DNA from: Macrostomum hystrix
Lineage: Eukaryota; Animalia; Platyhelminthes
Assembly (NCBI GenBank): GCA_950097015.1
Contig: CATNEN010000007.1
Location: 7,750,001 to 7,814,000, forward strand
Direction: 5' to 3'
DNA: 64,000 bases
Position 1 is the first letter of the stretch, and each line of letters begins with the position of its first letter. The notes under the pieces are model-generated. The model was not told the origin of the DNA. It worked only from the letters and a program-made list of their open reading frames with translations, and ran no database searches. This document shows, piece by piece, positions 10,743 through 22,990 of this stretch. Both the position numbers and the translations under genes were made by a program.

Positions 10743-13149
10743 TCTATATATATAAAAGTGAAAACTCTGTCTGTGTGTGTGCAACCTTTTGTCTTTATAG
10801 ACGCCGAAACCGCTCAACCAAATCGCACCAAACTTTGCACATACCTAAAACCACCTACGCTGAGTGCAATAGGCTACTCAAATTCCCGAAAAATCATTTC
10901 CTTCCTGCTCAAAAGTGCAAAAAACTGCTCAAAAATCGTCAAAAAATCACTCAATTTGACATATCGTCGCCCCACTTTGTCAGATTTTCTCCAAATTTGA
11001 TCCACTTACACTTTACATGTTTTCCAACAATGCTGTCAATTTTGAACATCTCTACTCAATCCAGAGCAAAGCTGCATCATCTCAAAGTGAGTCACTTTTT
11101 GTTTTCCGAGGACAGCCACCCCAACTCCCCTCCGCCACTCTGCGGGCCAAATTTTAATACAGCCACCCCCTCCCTTCCCCGGGCGCCGAAGCCCCAGACT
11201 GTACATTGCATTTCAAGCCGTGAATGTACACAGCCCAAACCCCTAGACTGTCTACTGGCCCCCAAGCAGCACTGAGACTGAGTGCGGTGAGTGCGGTGGC
11301 GTCCCAGTGCGCAGGGCTCTCCGGTCAATATTTCTCTCCAGCCAGCCTGGGATAGAAGAAAGAGAGAGGCTGGCGTACAGTGCTTTGCTAAAATACAAGA
11401 CGGTTATCCGCTGTATCGACGGAGATCACGTGAGGATGGCGGCTTTACCACTCGCATTATTCTATGCAGCCATGGGAATGAAGAGATCGATCTGGACAAC
11501 AGATGGGTCGTTCCCTACTGCCCGCTACTGTCCAAGGTGTTCAATCCACACATCAACGTTGAGTACTGCAACTCTGTTAAATCAATCAAGTACATTTGCA
11601 AGTACGTGAACAAGGGTAGCGACCAAGCAGTGTTCAACATTGAGGGACCTGGAGGCATAGTAAACGAATTTGACGAAGTCAATCGCTTCAAGAGCGGAAG
11701 GTATCAGCTCTAACGAGGCAATGTGGCGAATCTTCGGATTCTCTATTCATGAACGCCACCCAACTGTCATGCACCTCAGTGTGCACCTGGAAAACGGTCA
11801 GAGAGTATACTTTACGGAGGAGAACATCCAGCAGCGTGCTCAAAGGCCACAGGACACTACTCTTACTGCTTTCTTCAAGTTGTGCGCTGAAGACCCCTTT
11901 GCCAGGACTTTGCTGTACCACCAGGTGCCTGCCTATTACACATGGAACGCCTCTTCGAAAGGATGGAAGCGGCGGGTTCAAGGCGCTGCAGTTCCAGGCC
12001 ATCCTGAAATACGACAGACTGATGCATTAGCCAGAGTACACGGTGCACCCAAACCACAGTGAATGCTACTACCTGCTACACACCGTGATTGGTCCGACGT
12101 CATTTAGACACATTAGAACGGTGGAAGGCCATACCTGCCAAACTTTTCATGAAGCATGTCAGCGACTGGGACTGCTGGAAGAGCTGGATGACCAGGAGCA
12201 GCTGGGACAGTTCATAGAGGAGAATGAGCCCCGACTCATGCCTGAGCAGCTAGAGGCGTACCGCGAGCTATTGCGCAGAGTCAACAACAACGTTGGTGGC
12301 ATGGTTTTCCTTGATGCTCCAGGTGGCACAGGAAAAAAATTTCTAATCAACCTCCTTCTGGCAAAGGTCAGGCAACGAGGCGACGTTGCCATTGCTGTAG
12401 CTTCCTCTGGAATTACAGCCACCTTGCTGCCAGGCGGTCGCACTGCCCACTCAGCACTGAAGTTGCCGCTTGATCTGTCTTGAGCGGAGAATCCGCTGTG
12501 CAACATCAAGAAAAACACAGGCACTGCCAGAGTGCTTCAGGCTTGCAAGCTTATCGTCTGGGATGAGTGTACCATGTCCCACAAACTGGCATTTGAAGCA
12601 CTCAACTTAACTTTGAAAGACCTGCGCAATAGCAATCAACTGATGGGTGGTGTCACTCTGCTGCTGTCTGGAGACTTTAGACAGACGCTGCCTGTGATTC
12701 CGCGAGGCACTCCTGCTGATGAGATTAATGCTTTCCTAAAATCATCTCACCTGTGGCCATCGGTTGTGAAGTTGCACCTACGAACAAACATGAGAGCTAC
12801 AATTCAAGGAGACGAAACAGCTCATGAGTTCTCTGCCAATCTATTGCGAATCGGCAATGGTCTGCTGGAGATTAGCACAGAGAATGGGCAGTCATCGATC
12901 GCTACAATCGGAACCATTGTGCAGTCAGTGCAGGAGCTCAAGGCAAAAGTTTACCCGAACCTGATGGTTCGATATGCTGACGTTGACTGGCTGTCAGAGC
13001 CAGTACGCCCTTAAACAAACTCTTCACTTTTCATTCATGCAGTAAATAAATAAATGGTGACCTTCACTATAAAGTTAATACAGAGACGTGAATTGCTTAC
13101 TGCTTTGCTTTAAATTTCTGCCCCAAAAACAACGGGCAAAAAAAGCTAG
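10743..13149 (+). mobile_element. Non-autonomous Helitron copy 4 (2407 bp); different deletion derivative retaining the Rep C-terminus and helicase N-terminus
   Basis: DGYPLYRRR, DNRWVVPY, HINVEYC and KYICKYVNKGSD (Rep catalytic YxxKY motif); Walker A-like DAPGGTGKK; IVWDECTM. Frameshifts and a stop present; ends CTAG followed by T. Confidence 0.93.
11395..12999 (+). pseudogene. Frameshifted Helitron RepHel fragment (Rep motif 3 to helicase motif III), with an apparent internal deletion between GLLEE and the helicase
   Basis: Pieces lie in ORFs 11291, 11670, 12043 and 12532; in-frame TGA at 12481. Confidence 0.88.
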
Positions 13150-14631
13150 TAATGGAATAATTCAAGGATATACAGCTGAAGTCCATCGACAGTAGATGCC
13201 GGATGAACGCCGTGAGCATGCAAAGAGTTCAGATATAATGTACATTAGAATTAAAATAGTATTACGTATGCCTGCTAATTTAAGACAAATGTACAGTTAC
13301 GTTGGGTCGAAATTGTAATATTTGTAATATATCCGAGCATGGAATACGTGGCACGCAATTGAGATAAGCACCGTTAAAAGGGGCGCCCGCGTCACCCGGC
13401 GAACCTTGACTTTGAGGTGCAGCAGGACGCGCTTCCGGCACATTTCGGAGTCGGCGATGTCAAGGTCCCTGCACACGTCGCCGGCATCTGATTTTTGCTG
13501 ACACTGCGTCTGCTGTGCGCTGCACGTAGGTGGCTTCTTGATGGCACATTTAAGGTCGTCAGGGAGCCCTTTCGTACAGTTTTATAGTATTCACGCCCGC
13601 GTGGAGCAAGGCTTGCACTGCCAAGTACAGCCTCTTTGCTTCATAATCATGGATGGCCGTCCTTTGTGGTGCCCGAGCATTTAAGCTCTTTGTGATCATT
13701 ACTTTGCAATACTTCACAATACATCGTTTAATTATATAAACAAAAAACCTTACTTTACTTTGGTTTGTAAGGTACATAACAACAAAAAATATTTTGACGA
13801 AGACTATTGACGAAAAGACCTTGAGTCCTAGAATCCTAGAATCAGCGTATTTATACCTAGAATTTAAAGTGTGCGAATTTTTGCAATATATAGCTATAAT
13901 ATATACTAAGAATTTGGCGCTACAAGTAAAAATCAATTGACAAATATCTGGAAACCAGTGTTTTACTGCACTCATTTCTGGATATCGATTCGAATCCAGA
14001 CGGATTTGTACTGACTAGTGTGACGAATAAAGGTTAGTGTAGCGGTAATATCGTCGAATTATATCTATATATATAAAAGTGAAAACTCTGTCTGTGTGTG
14101 TGTGTGTCTGTCTGTGTGTGTGCAACCTTTTGTCTTTATAGACGCCGAAACCGCTCAACCAAATCGCACCAAACTTTGCACATACCTAAAACCACCTACG
14201 CTGAGTGCAATAGGCTACTCAAATTCCCGAAAAATCATTTCCTTCCTGCTCAAAAGTGCAAAAAACTGCTCAAAAATCGTCAAAAAATCACTCAATTCGA
14301 CATATCGTCGCCCCACTTTGTCAGATTTTCTCCAAATTTGATCCACTTACACTTTACATGTTTTCCAACAATGCTGTCAATTTTGAACATCTCTACTCAA
14401 TCCAGAGCAAAGCTGCATCATCTCAAAGTGAGTCACTTTTTGTTTTCCGAGGACAGCCACCCCAACTCCCCTCCGCCACTCTGCGGGCCAAATTTTATTA
14501 CAGCCACCCCCTCCCTTCCCCGGGCGCCGAAGCCCCAGACTGTACATTGTATTTCAAGCCATGAATGTACACAGCCCAAACCCCTAGACTGTCTACTGGC
14601 CCCCAAGCAGCACTGAGACTGAGTGCGGTGA

Positions 14632-15672
14632 GTGCGGTGGCGTCCCAGTGCGCAGGGCGATATTTCTCTCCAGCCAGCCTGGGATAGAAGAAAGAGAGAG
14701 GCTGGCGATCAACTGATGGGTGGTGTCACTCTGCTGCTGTCTGGAGACTTTAGACAGACGCTGCCTGTGATTCCGCGTGGCACTCCTGCTGATGAGATTA
14801 ATGCTTGCCTAAAATCATCTCACCTGTGGCCATCGGTTGTGAAGTTGCACCTACGAACAAACATGAGAGCTACAATTCAAGGAGACGAAACAGCTCATGA
14901 GTTCTCTGCCAATCTATTGCGAATCGGCAATGGTCTGCTGGAGATTAGCACCGAGGATGGGCAGTCATCGATCGCTACAATCGGAACCATTGTGCAGTCA
15001 GTGCAGGAGCTCAAGGCAAAAGTTTACCCGAACCTGATGGTTCGATATGCTGACGTTGACTGGCTGTCAGAGAGGGCAATTCTGTGTCCTAGAAATGATG
15101 CCGCCAACGAAATTAACTACCAACTGCTTCAGGAGTTGCCAGGTGCAGTTTTCACCTACAAGTCAATTGATACAACGTTGACTGATGACACCGCTGTGGA
15201 GTATCCTGTTGAGTTTCTGAACTCTCTAGATCCTCCTGGAACTCCATCGCACAACTTGCAGCTGAAAGTTGGGGCACCAATTATGCTCCTCCACAACCTG
15301 AATGCGCCAAGGCTGTGTAACGGCACCAGACTGATAGTCAGGCGGCTCTTCCCACACGTGATTGAGGCCACGATAATGACTGGATCTGGCAGAGGAGAGT
15401 CTGTGTTCGTTCCCCGGATTCCAATTATCCCCACGGACCTGCCATTTCAGTTCAAGCGACTGCAGTTCCCTGTGAGAGTGTGCTTTGCAATGACTATTAA
15501 CAAGGCTCAGGGACAGTCGCTGAAGGTGGCTGGCATCAACCTGGAGACTCCTTGCTTCTCGCATGGGCAGCTTTATGTCGCCTGCTCCCGTGTTGGAACT
15601 CCAGCTGGCCTATTCATTTTCGCACCAAGGGGAAGAACGAAGAATGTGGTGTATCCCCAGGCCTTGAGGTGA
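14632..15672 (+). pseudogene. Helitron helicase fragment, copy 5
   Basis: Near-identical to 6788..7828. Confidence 0.88.
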
Positions 15673-15824
15673 CTCGCAAGCAATTAATAGAAAAGTAGTC
15701 ACGAATTGACCTTGACCTGTCTAACTCTGAACTCTGAAACAGTTTAATTTTGTTTCTTTGACATTGTTATTGTTATGCCATGGCTATTTTCCTTATGCAT
15801 ACGCGTGTACATGCATACTGTATA

Positions 15825-16099
15825 CAGAGGCAGATTTAGGGGGGGGGGCGGAGGGGCAGTCGCCCCCCTAAATTTTAATCATGGGAATAAGATGCCCCCA
15901 CCAGGGGCGCCAGTCGCAGCACTGGCGCCCCTTTTCGGCCGCTGGCGCCCCTTTTTCAGCCACTGGCTCCCGTTTTTCAGCCGCTGGCGCCCTTTCTTGG
16001 CTCCTGGCGCCCTTTTTCGGCCGCTGGCACCCCCTCTGTGATTCTCATGGCGCTCCCCTGACAGACCGCCCCAAAACAAAATTCCTGGATCTGCCACTG
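15825..16099. mobile_element. hAT-type MITE nested in Helitron 5
   Basis: Same TIRs and ACTGTATA TSD. Confidence 0.85.
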
Positions 16100-17150
16100 A
16101 CTGTATAGAGGAGTGGCTAAGAGACATGTTTCTAAAGAAGTAATCAAGAGGGGGTTGTTTGGACAAACTTTTCACTTATTTTTTACTTAAAACGCCCTTA
16201 AACAAACTCTTCACTTTTCATTAATGCAGTAAATAAATAAATGGTGACCTTCACTATAAAGTTAATACAGAGACGTGAATTGCTTACTGCTTTGCTTTAA
16301 ATTTCTGCCCCAAAAACAACGGGCAAAAAAAGCTAGTTTGATATAAATAAGTGTGTATTTATATATTTCCAAAGTAATCTCGATGCTCACACGCTCGACA
16401 CAAGGCACGGTAGAGCAGAAAAATATACATACGTTGCTTTTTAAAAAGGACAGCTAATTCTTAGAATGATACAATATAACAATAATTAGTAAACATGCTT
16501 AGCATATAAATAATAATCTTGTCAGCAACTTGTAATGTAGCGAATTACTATAAAATAAATAAGCAATTAAACTACCAATTAAACTACAATTAAAGGTTAC
16601 ACCGTCACACTAGCGAATGAATTTGTGCAAAAGTCAAGTGACTGATAAAAATATAGAAATATAGATCAACAATATTTAGCAAAATTGCCGGCTCCCACCG
16701 CTTCCTTGCAGCATCCACTCAGGCTGGTGCACCCTGCAGATCAACAATATTAAGCTTACCTGCCTATGTATTTAAAAGTATTTGATTTAATTCATTTTAT
16801 GTTGGCATAGATTTTTCTATACACATAGGCACTGAAAATGAAGGATGAATGTATGTTTTTATTTATAATTTTAAAATATTGAAATAGTTTACTGATAAGA
16901 GACAATGCCATTCATATTGGCAGTGATTTTGTGCTAATCCCTGTTGTCCTCATCCCATCATCCCATGCCAATAATTCTAAAAGTATCCACATTGTTGTAT
17001 GTGTTGTAGGGCTATTTACTTAAAATCTCACAGCTGTCACCAGTTGTCGTAAGGCCCTTCTCTTTATTTTTATTATTTGTAAATTACTTATATTTATCCA
17101 CTGCAAAATGCATATTTAAATGTCAACTTTCGTTATGTTTTAAAAATGAA

Positions 17151-17822
17151 AGTGCTTATTCCCATGGTCCCGTGCCGATAATTTCACTTTTATCCACACG
17201 GATCCGTGCCGATAATTTTCTGCTTATCCACACGGCAGCTTGTATGAATAGGTCTACTTTCAAGTCCCTGCCTATTCTTCTCTGAGCATAAGGCTTTTGC
17301 TTCAGAGTATAGTGTATAGTGTACACTATCAATGCATAGTGTAAAAGAAAAACAATGATGTATAATTTGTGTGACGAGTTTGGTACTGACTAGAATTCTG
17401 CTGGTTGACTTGTATGATTTTCTTTGATAGACTTTTTACTTTTTAAGTCAATACAATTCGAATGAAAACACGTAACAATGACAAAAGATTTAGTAATTTG
17501 TTATTACAATAATTAAAAAGGATGACATTAATGTCGGTTAATGAATGTGTAGGTCGAAATGTAGAACACTGTCGTAACGCACTGTCAACTTTGTCGATCT
17601 ATTGGCTCGAGGGTTCAACAAAACGTTCAAACCCGAAAGGTCCTCGTTTCAAAGAACAGAACCGTGTGGATAAAATTTCAGAAATTAACGGCATGTCATA
17701 TTTATATAAAGAGTTGTAGACCTATTCATACAAGCTGCCGTGTGGATAAGCAGAAAATTATCGGCATGGATCCGTGTGGATAAAATTGAAATTATTGGCA
17801 CGGGACCGTGGGAATAAGCTCT
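17151..17822. mobile_element. Foldback/MITE element with ~107-bp terminal inverted repeats
   Basis: 17151-17257 is the reverse complement of 17716-17822 with few mismatches; each arm has two TTATCCACACGG subrepeats; no TSD resolved. Confidence 0.8.
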
Positions 17823-18388
17823 GCCTTTAAAAATTGCCCAATTTATAGGGAAGTATAACACTTTAATGTAAATTCAATTACTGTGGTAGCAAATCATAAG
17901 TGCCCAAGTGGTAAGACACTTTTACTTTTAACTGTATAGAATTACTCTTTTTAATACTTATTGGTTACACCTAGTCTTTAAAGGCTCCAATGGATTGGAG
18001 GGTACCAAACAAGCACAATGTATGTATTAGTTACTAACTCTATTGCTCAACTCTGAATCACCAATAACCAATCAGGTTTCACTTTCCAACAAATACTAAC
18101 ATAGAACACGAATGAGATTGAGTGAAAGAACTTATTGGTTTATAAAACATTTATTTGTGAACTCCCGACTTGCAGACCATTGATTGTAGGTTGGTAAAAG
18201 CGCTAGTATTTATAGTATAAAAAGAGGTGGGTAGGCATCGTAAAACAAAGAATTTCTTTAGTGTATTAAAACAAAGCAAAAATTATACGTGTTTTATATC
18301 TTTCTAAGAATGAGCATAAATATGGTAACAAACGAAGAATTTATTCATAAACGTAAAACTGTATATTCTATTATGAAAGCATTGATAT

Positions 18389-18500
18389 AGCATAGATACA
18401 GTAAGATATAGTCTATTATAAAAGCATAGATACAGTAAGATATAGTCTATTATAAAAGCATAGATACAGTAAGATATAGTCTATTATAAAAGCATAGATA
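18389..18500. repeat. 34-bp tandem repeat, about 3 copies
   Basis: GCATAGATACAGTAAGATATAGTCTATTATAAAA repeated. Confidence 0.85.
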
Positions 18501-19119
18501 TAGCCTATTATATATGCCTATAATGCCCAGCTTATCCATATGGCAGCATGTTTTAAGAAAAACTATATTGAGTCCATACTTTACTGTATGCTGCACCATT
18601 AATTATATAATTATTCATAAGGTTCTATACCAATAATGCCAGCATATAGGCCTATGTATTGTCTCTGTTCTATATTAAATTATTCTATTTTATGTTGTCC
18701 ATATTGTATTGTCTATGGAATTCCTAAGGCTTGTACAGCAAATTCAATTTGTTTGAATATGCTTCAAACTCGAGATGCATCCTCAGAATTTTTCAGCAGA
18801 ATTGCCAACAGAAGTTTGGAGTTCAACTATAAAAATGTCAATGTTTTAAATGGTTTAATTGAGTTTTACTTGTTTAATTCAGGCAATATGTGTTTCTTCT
18901 GAGATTTAACTTGATTTTAGAATATGGTTGCTATAAAGTTGCTAGATCTACTTGGATCTGACATTTTTCTATCTGTCATACAACATAAATATTTAGTTTT
19001 TTCTTGATACCAAGCTAATACATAGGGCTACCTAAAGTCTATTGTCATATTAAGTAATTAGTTTTTTATTATTAAGATTGTATGAAATTTTTTCACAATT
19101 CATTTTCAGAAGCTGTCAG

Positions 19120-22069
19120 ATGCACTCCCTAGAAGATTCTGTTGATAACAATGATGGCTGGTATGAAAGCAAGATCCAGCCCTATGACTTTGATGATGAA
19201 TCAAATAAGGTTTGTTTTTAATTTCTTACATGATTTTGTTGGTTTATAGATATTGTATCAGAGAGTTACTGTGATTCTTTCCAGAATGAAGGTGTCAGCT
19301 TTTTTGATGATCCAACTGAAGAGAAGCTTGCCAAGATGTCTGCTAAAAAGGGTATTTCGTACGAACTTTTCTCAGTTTACTTGTATTTTTGCTCACTAAA
19401 TTTATATTTGCAGGTCCAACTGTACCAGTGGCACCCAAGTCGGTGATAGCAGACAAGCCCGCAATGAAATTAATCAGTGAGTTGATAGTTTCGCTCATTT
19501 TAATTGTGCACATGTAAAACATAATCAATTGGCTTTACCTACTGCCTATTAGAGTGCAGCGGCACCTGTGGCATGGAGCTGCGGCCTGATGATAGGTACT
19601 ACCAGATGTATCTGCCCTATTGTAGGCAGTGCCTGCTGGATGCCAAGCTGCCAGACACTCGGCCGCCCAGGTTTAACAGCACGGTAACAGCTGAAAATTT
19701 GAAAAAAAATAAAGATTCTGACATATTTTGATAGTGAATTTTTCTCCTTTACAGATCGATCAGGTCAACTTCACGTTAAAGCAGAAGCTCAGATATCAGG
19801 TAAGTTGACTGCCAGAAAGTACATTATTCATGATCGTAATGATTGTGAAAAAGATTCGGTAAGGAAAACAAAATGCGGCGATGCGAACATCAAGATTCGA
19901 TTGCTCAGTCTTTGGGTAAAAGCCGTCAGTAACTATAACCTTTGTCGTGTAAATCAATGCTTTGTCATCTATTTACTGCATATGCTTAGTCCATATGCTC
20001 AATTGCATGGCGAGGCCACATTCATTTTGGGCGCAGTCGATGAGAGAGAAGATTTGGAGGCTTGTCATTCAATTTATGCCCTTGAGGACCAACCTCTAAG
20101 GCACAGTGAGAGTGTACACTGCCTGAAGATGTGAAGGCCAGGGCAGATGTACACACCTGTGTGAGTGTGTGCTCAAGAGTCAGCGGAATGGGTAGAATTG
20201 TCTCTTCGCTGGCTGCGGGTCTAGTGTCACCAAATGATGTGCCGTTGCTGCAGCCCTCCTGCAATTATTTTTTTCTTTAAGTCGTCTTACTATTTGCAAA
20301 CAATGAATGATGCAGACAGTCCTAAGCGACTGGTTGGGTGATCCGGTGTTCCGCAGCATGGAGGGCAAGAGGCTGCTGCTGCTGCAGGCCGTCCAGTTCT
20401 CCGACGGCGACGCCATCATCGCAACCCTGCTGTTTCTCAGGCGAACCTTGAAGCCAACCGTGTTCAAAGAGGAGGTCTGCCGCAGTCAGCTGCGCGGCCA
20501 GGCTGTACTGCACTGGCTCGCCCACCTGCAGCAGGCCGACGAGCTCGAGGAGTACAAAGACTGCCTGCTGTCCTACCTGCCGGCTGCCACCGGCCAGGCG
20601 CCCAACATTGACGCCGTGGCCGCAATCAATCTGGACCGGGTGCTGGCCAACAACTCCGACCCGGCCGTGCGCCTGTCCGCCCTGCGCCGCTTCATGGTGA
20701 GCGAGACCGGCGCAAGCCGCGGCCTGCTGGCTGCTGCCCAGACTTGCCTGGATCTGCTAGCCAGGCAGCTGGAGCTCGACCGGCTGCTCAATAAACTTCT
20801 GACTGGCAAGGTGAGAATCTATTTAATAATCTCTGTTATCTTATTTTAGGCATAAAGATTTATACTATTTATTTAAGTGTCTTAACACTTTAAGACACTT
20901 AAGGGCAAAACACTTAATTCACACGAATTACCTGCCTCCCCGGACCAAGCTGCTGTTCACGTGCTTCAATAGCGACGCGCATTTGTTGCGGCTGCACAAA
21001 GGACCACTAGAAGGAGAAAGACGGAAAGCCACGTTTCATAGAAAAAAAATAGGTTGCTTTTCTGAAAGCTACACTACGTACGAGTAGATAATATATTTTT
21101 TTCTGCGAAAATTTATTGACTTTCTGATTTGAGGCGGATCAAAGGCTCATTTTATGTTAGTTTCCTTATTTATAGCTTCATCAATTTCTGACAAGCTTTA
21201 TGCTCTTTTTCTCTTTTGTACATGCCCTCTATTGTGTCTAGCTCGCTTTTTGTTTTATCTATTCTCTGATCAGTGATCAATTTAAGTACTATTTAGAATC
21301 TAGGATTATGACTAATGTCATGCTGCTTACACCATGATGCTTCATTTTATATATATATCGGCCTAGTGTAAAATAAAGTACGAAGAGAGTCCAATTTTAG
21401 GCATGTTTTATCTAGTGCAGAGCTTTGGATCTGCTTCCAATAAAGAACGATCAATATTGAGTCTTTTGGCGAAAATCAGCCTGCCTCCTAAACTTTAATC
21501 TAAGAAACGTAGTTTTCCGTCATTCTACTTCTAATGGTCCTTAGGCTGCACACCGGGTCCTACCTGCTAGGTCTAAATTTAGCTGTGGATCTCGATGAGA
21601 GTTAGATAAGAGACGATTTTGTTCAATTCTTTGCCACTCCACACAGCCGGACATTTATCCTCTACTGCGCAACCGTCCGCCCATGACGTCGCTTTCACTG
21701 AACGCTTTCGCCGAGCAGCTGATCCTGATGGCGCCAGACCTGGACCGCCTGATGCCGGACCTGTCTAAGCGCAGCCTGGACCAGGTGGCCGGCCTAATGG
21801 TCAGCCCGCGTGACCAGGCCGCCTGGAGCCGCATCGCCGCCTGCGCCAGGCGGCTCCGACAGGCAATTGAAGCTGGCAACGAGCGCGAGGCGATGCAGTT
21901 GCATGCTCAGCTGGAGTCCGTTGTGTTGGAGCGCGGCAGCGGCGCCATGAACTTTATCCAACGGCAGCAACGACCGGTGCTCAGCTGGCCTATCGGGCGC
22001 CAGATGGAACACCTTAGACGCCTGGGGGCCAGCGAGACCCTGCTGGATAAGCTCAAGAAACTCGGCTAA
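19120..22069 (+). CDS. VIPAS39: VPS33B-interacting protein / SPE-39 homolog; exons ~19120-19209, 19285-19351, 19414-19477, 19552-19683, 19755-19799, 20316-20810, 21647-22069
   Basis: N-terminal WYESKIQPYDFDDE and core FRSMEGKRLLLLQAVQFSDGDAIIATLLFLRRTL resemble VIPAS39 as I recall it (W..[43 protein letters not shown]). GT-AG introns are phase-compatible. Confidence 0.75.
20060..20190. repeat. Dispersed intronic repeat (related copies ~35690-35760 and 48880-48981)
   Basis: Shared AAGGCACAGTGAGAGTGTACACTGCCTGA and GGGCAGATGTACACACCTGTGTGAG. Confidence 0.7.
20998..21543. mobile_element. MITE with ~40-bp imperfect TIRs and 8-bp TSD (hAT- or P-like) in a VIPAS39 intron
   Basis: AAAGGACCACTAGAAGGAGAAAGACGGAAAGCCACGTTTC versus its reverse complement at 21504-21543; TSD GGCTGCAC at 20990-20997 and 21544-21551. 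Confidence 0.82.
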
Positions 22070-22990
22070 TCTTTTGGTTATGAAGATTTTATTGACTGCT
22101 CGCTAATTTATACTTTAAAATAATTTGGATGTGTTATGTTAAAATTCTAGATTTTTTATGTAATGCACATTGAAATGATTTTGTAGAATGTAAAAAAATC
22201 TTAACTCTCATTATTGCCTGTGTCCTTAACAACTTTTTTACGTTGCAAATAATGCTAGGAATTGTTTATAAATCCGCACAATAGTTCGTATGAAAACAGT
22301 TTCCGCACCAACTGCATATGGCTGTGTCAAAACTGCATTGACTATTGCTTAATTAAAATTTTTTAATGAACACTTTTGTTTATATGAATTAACTGCATGA
22401 TAAGATGAAAGGGTCTAGTTTATCTGTATTTCTACTTTTTTTGCGTGCTAATCCATAAATAAAATCCCATGTTCGACAAAAATGTACAGATAAATCAGAT
22501 AATACACAGTTCACAAATATTTATTCTTTTAATGCGTTTTAGTTATTTTATTGCTTTATAAATAATAAGAAAATAATTGCGCCTTTGGATCGCTTCTTTC
22601 TCTTTTTCTAGTAACAAAGTACTTGTGAAAAATAATATCAGGGCAGTTTAAAGATCTTGCTACAAACCAACTACACAAGTGTTAATGTATTATTACAACA
22701 AATAATTTCACTTGTGATTTGAGTAAAATATCTTGATTTCATTTATTATGCTCATATACAATCATTTTTCAGGCACTCCATGCATGGAAAATCGTGAGCT
22801 AGTCCTTTAAGTTATTCTTTGTAAATAAAAGTTTTTTAATTATCAAAACTAAAACTAAACTGAAACTATAAACAGCCCTTTTAGTTATTTCACGTCAATT
22901 GTATGAATCACACTCTAAAATACATTGCGCGTACACCCGTCCTCCAAGTTCGACAACGCTATTACATGTACGGTCAGTTGCTTTTTGTGT

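Larger units (their letters stand above)
14064..16336 (+). mobile_element. Non-autonomous Helitron copy 5 (2273 bp), same structure as copies 2 and 3, separate A|T insertion
   Basis: A|TC ... hairpin ... CTAG|T; helicase ORF differs from copy 2 by R to H (LLHNL). Confidence 0.93.
13303..16429 (+). mobile_element. Putative solo LTR (~850 bp after removing Helitron 5) interrupted by Helitron 5
   Basis: TG at 13303 and CA at 16429 flanked by TACGT (13298-13302 and 16430-16434); GC-richer interior; AATAAA near 14026. Confidence 0.4.

Noticed and set aside
17190-17785. TTATCCACA motifs resembling bacterial DnaA boxes / oriC
   Set aside because: They are subrepeats within the TIRs of a foldback element in intron-containing eukaryotic DNA.
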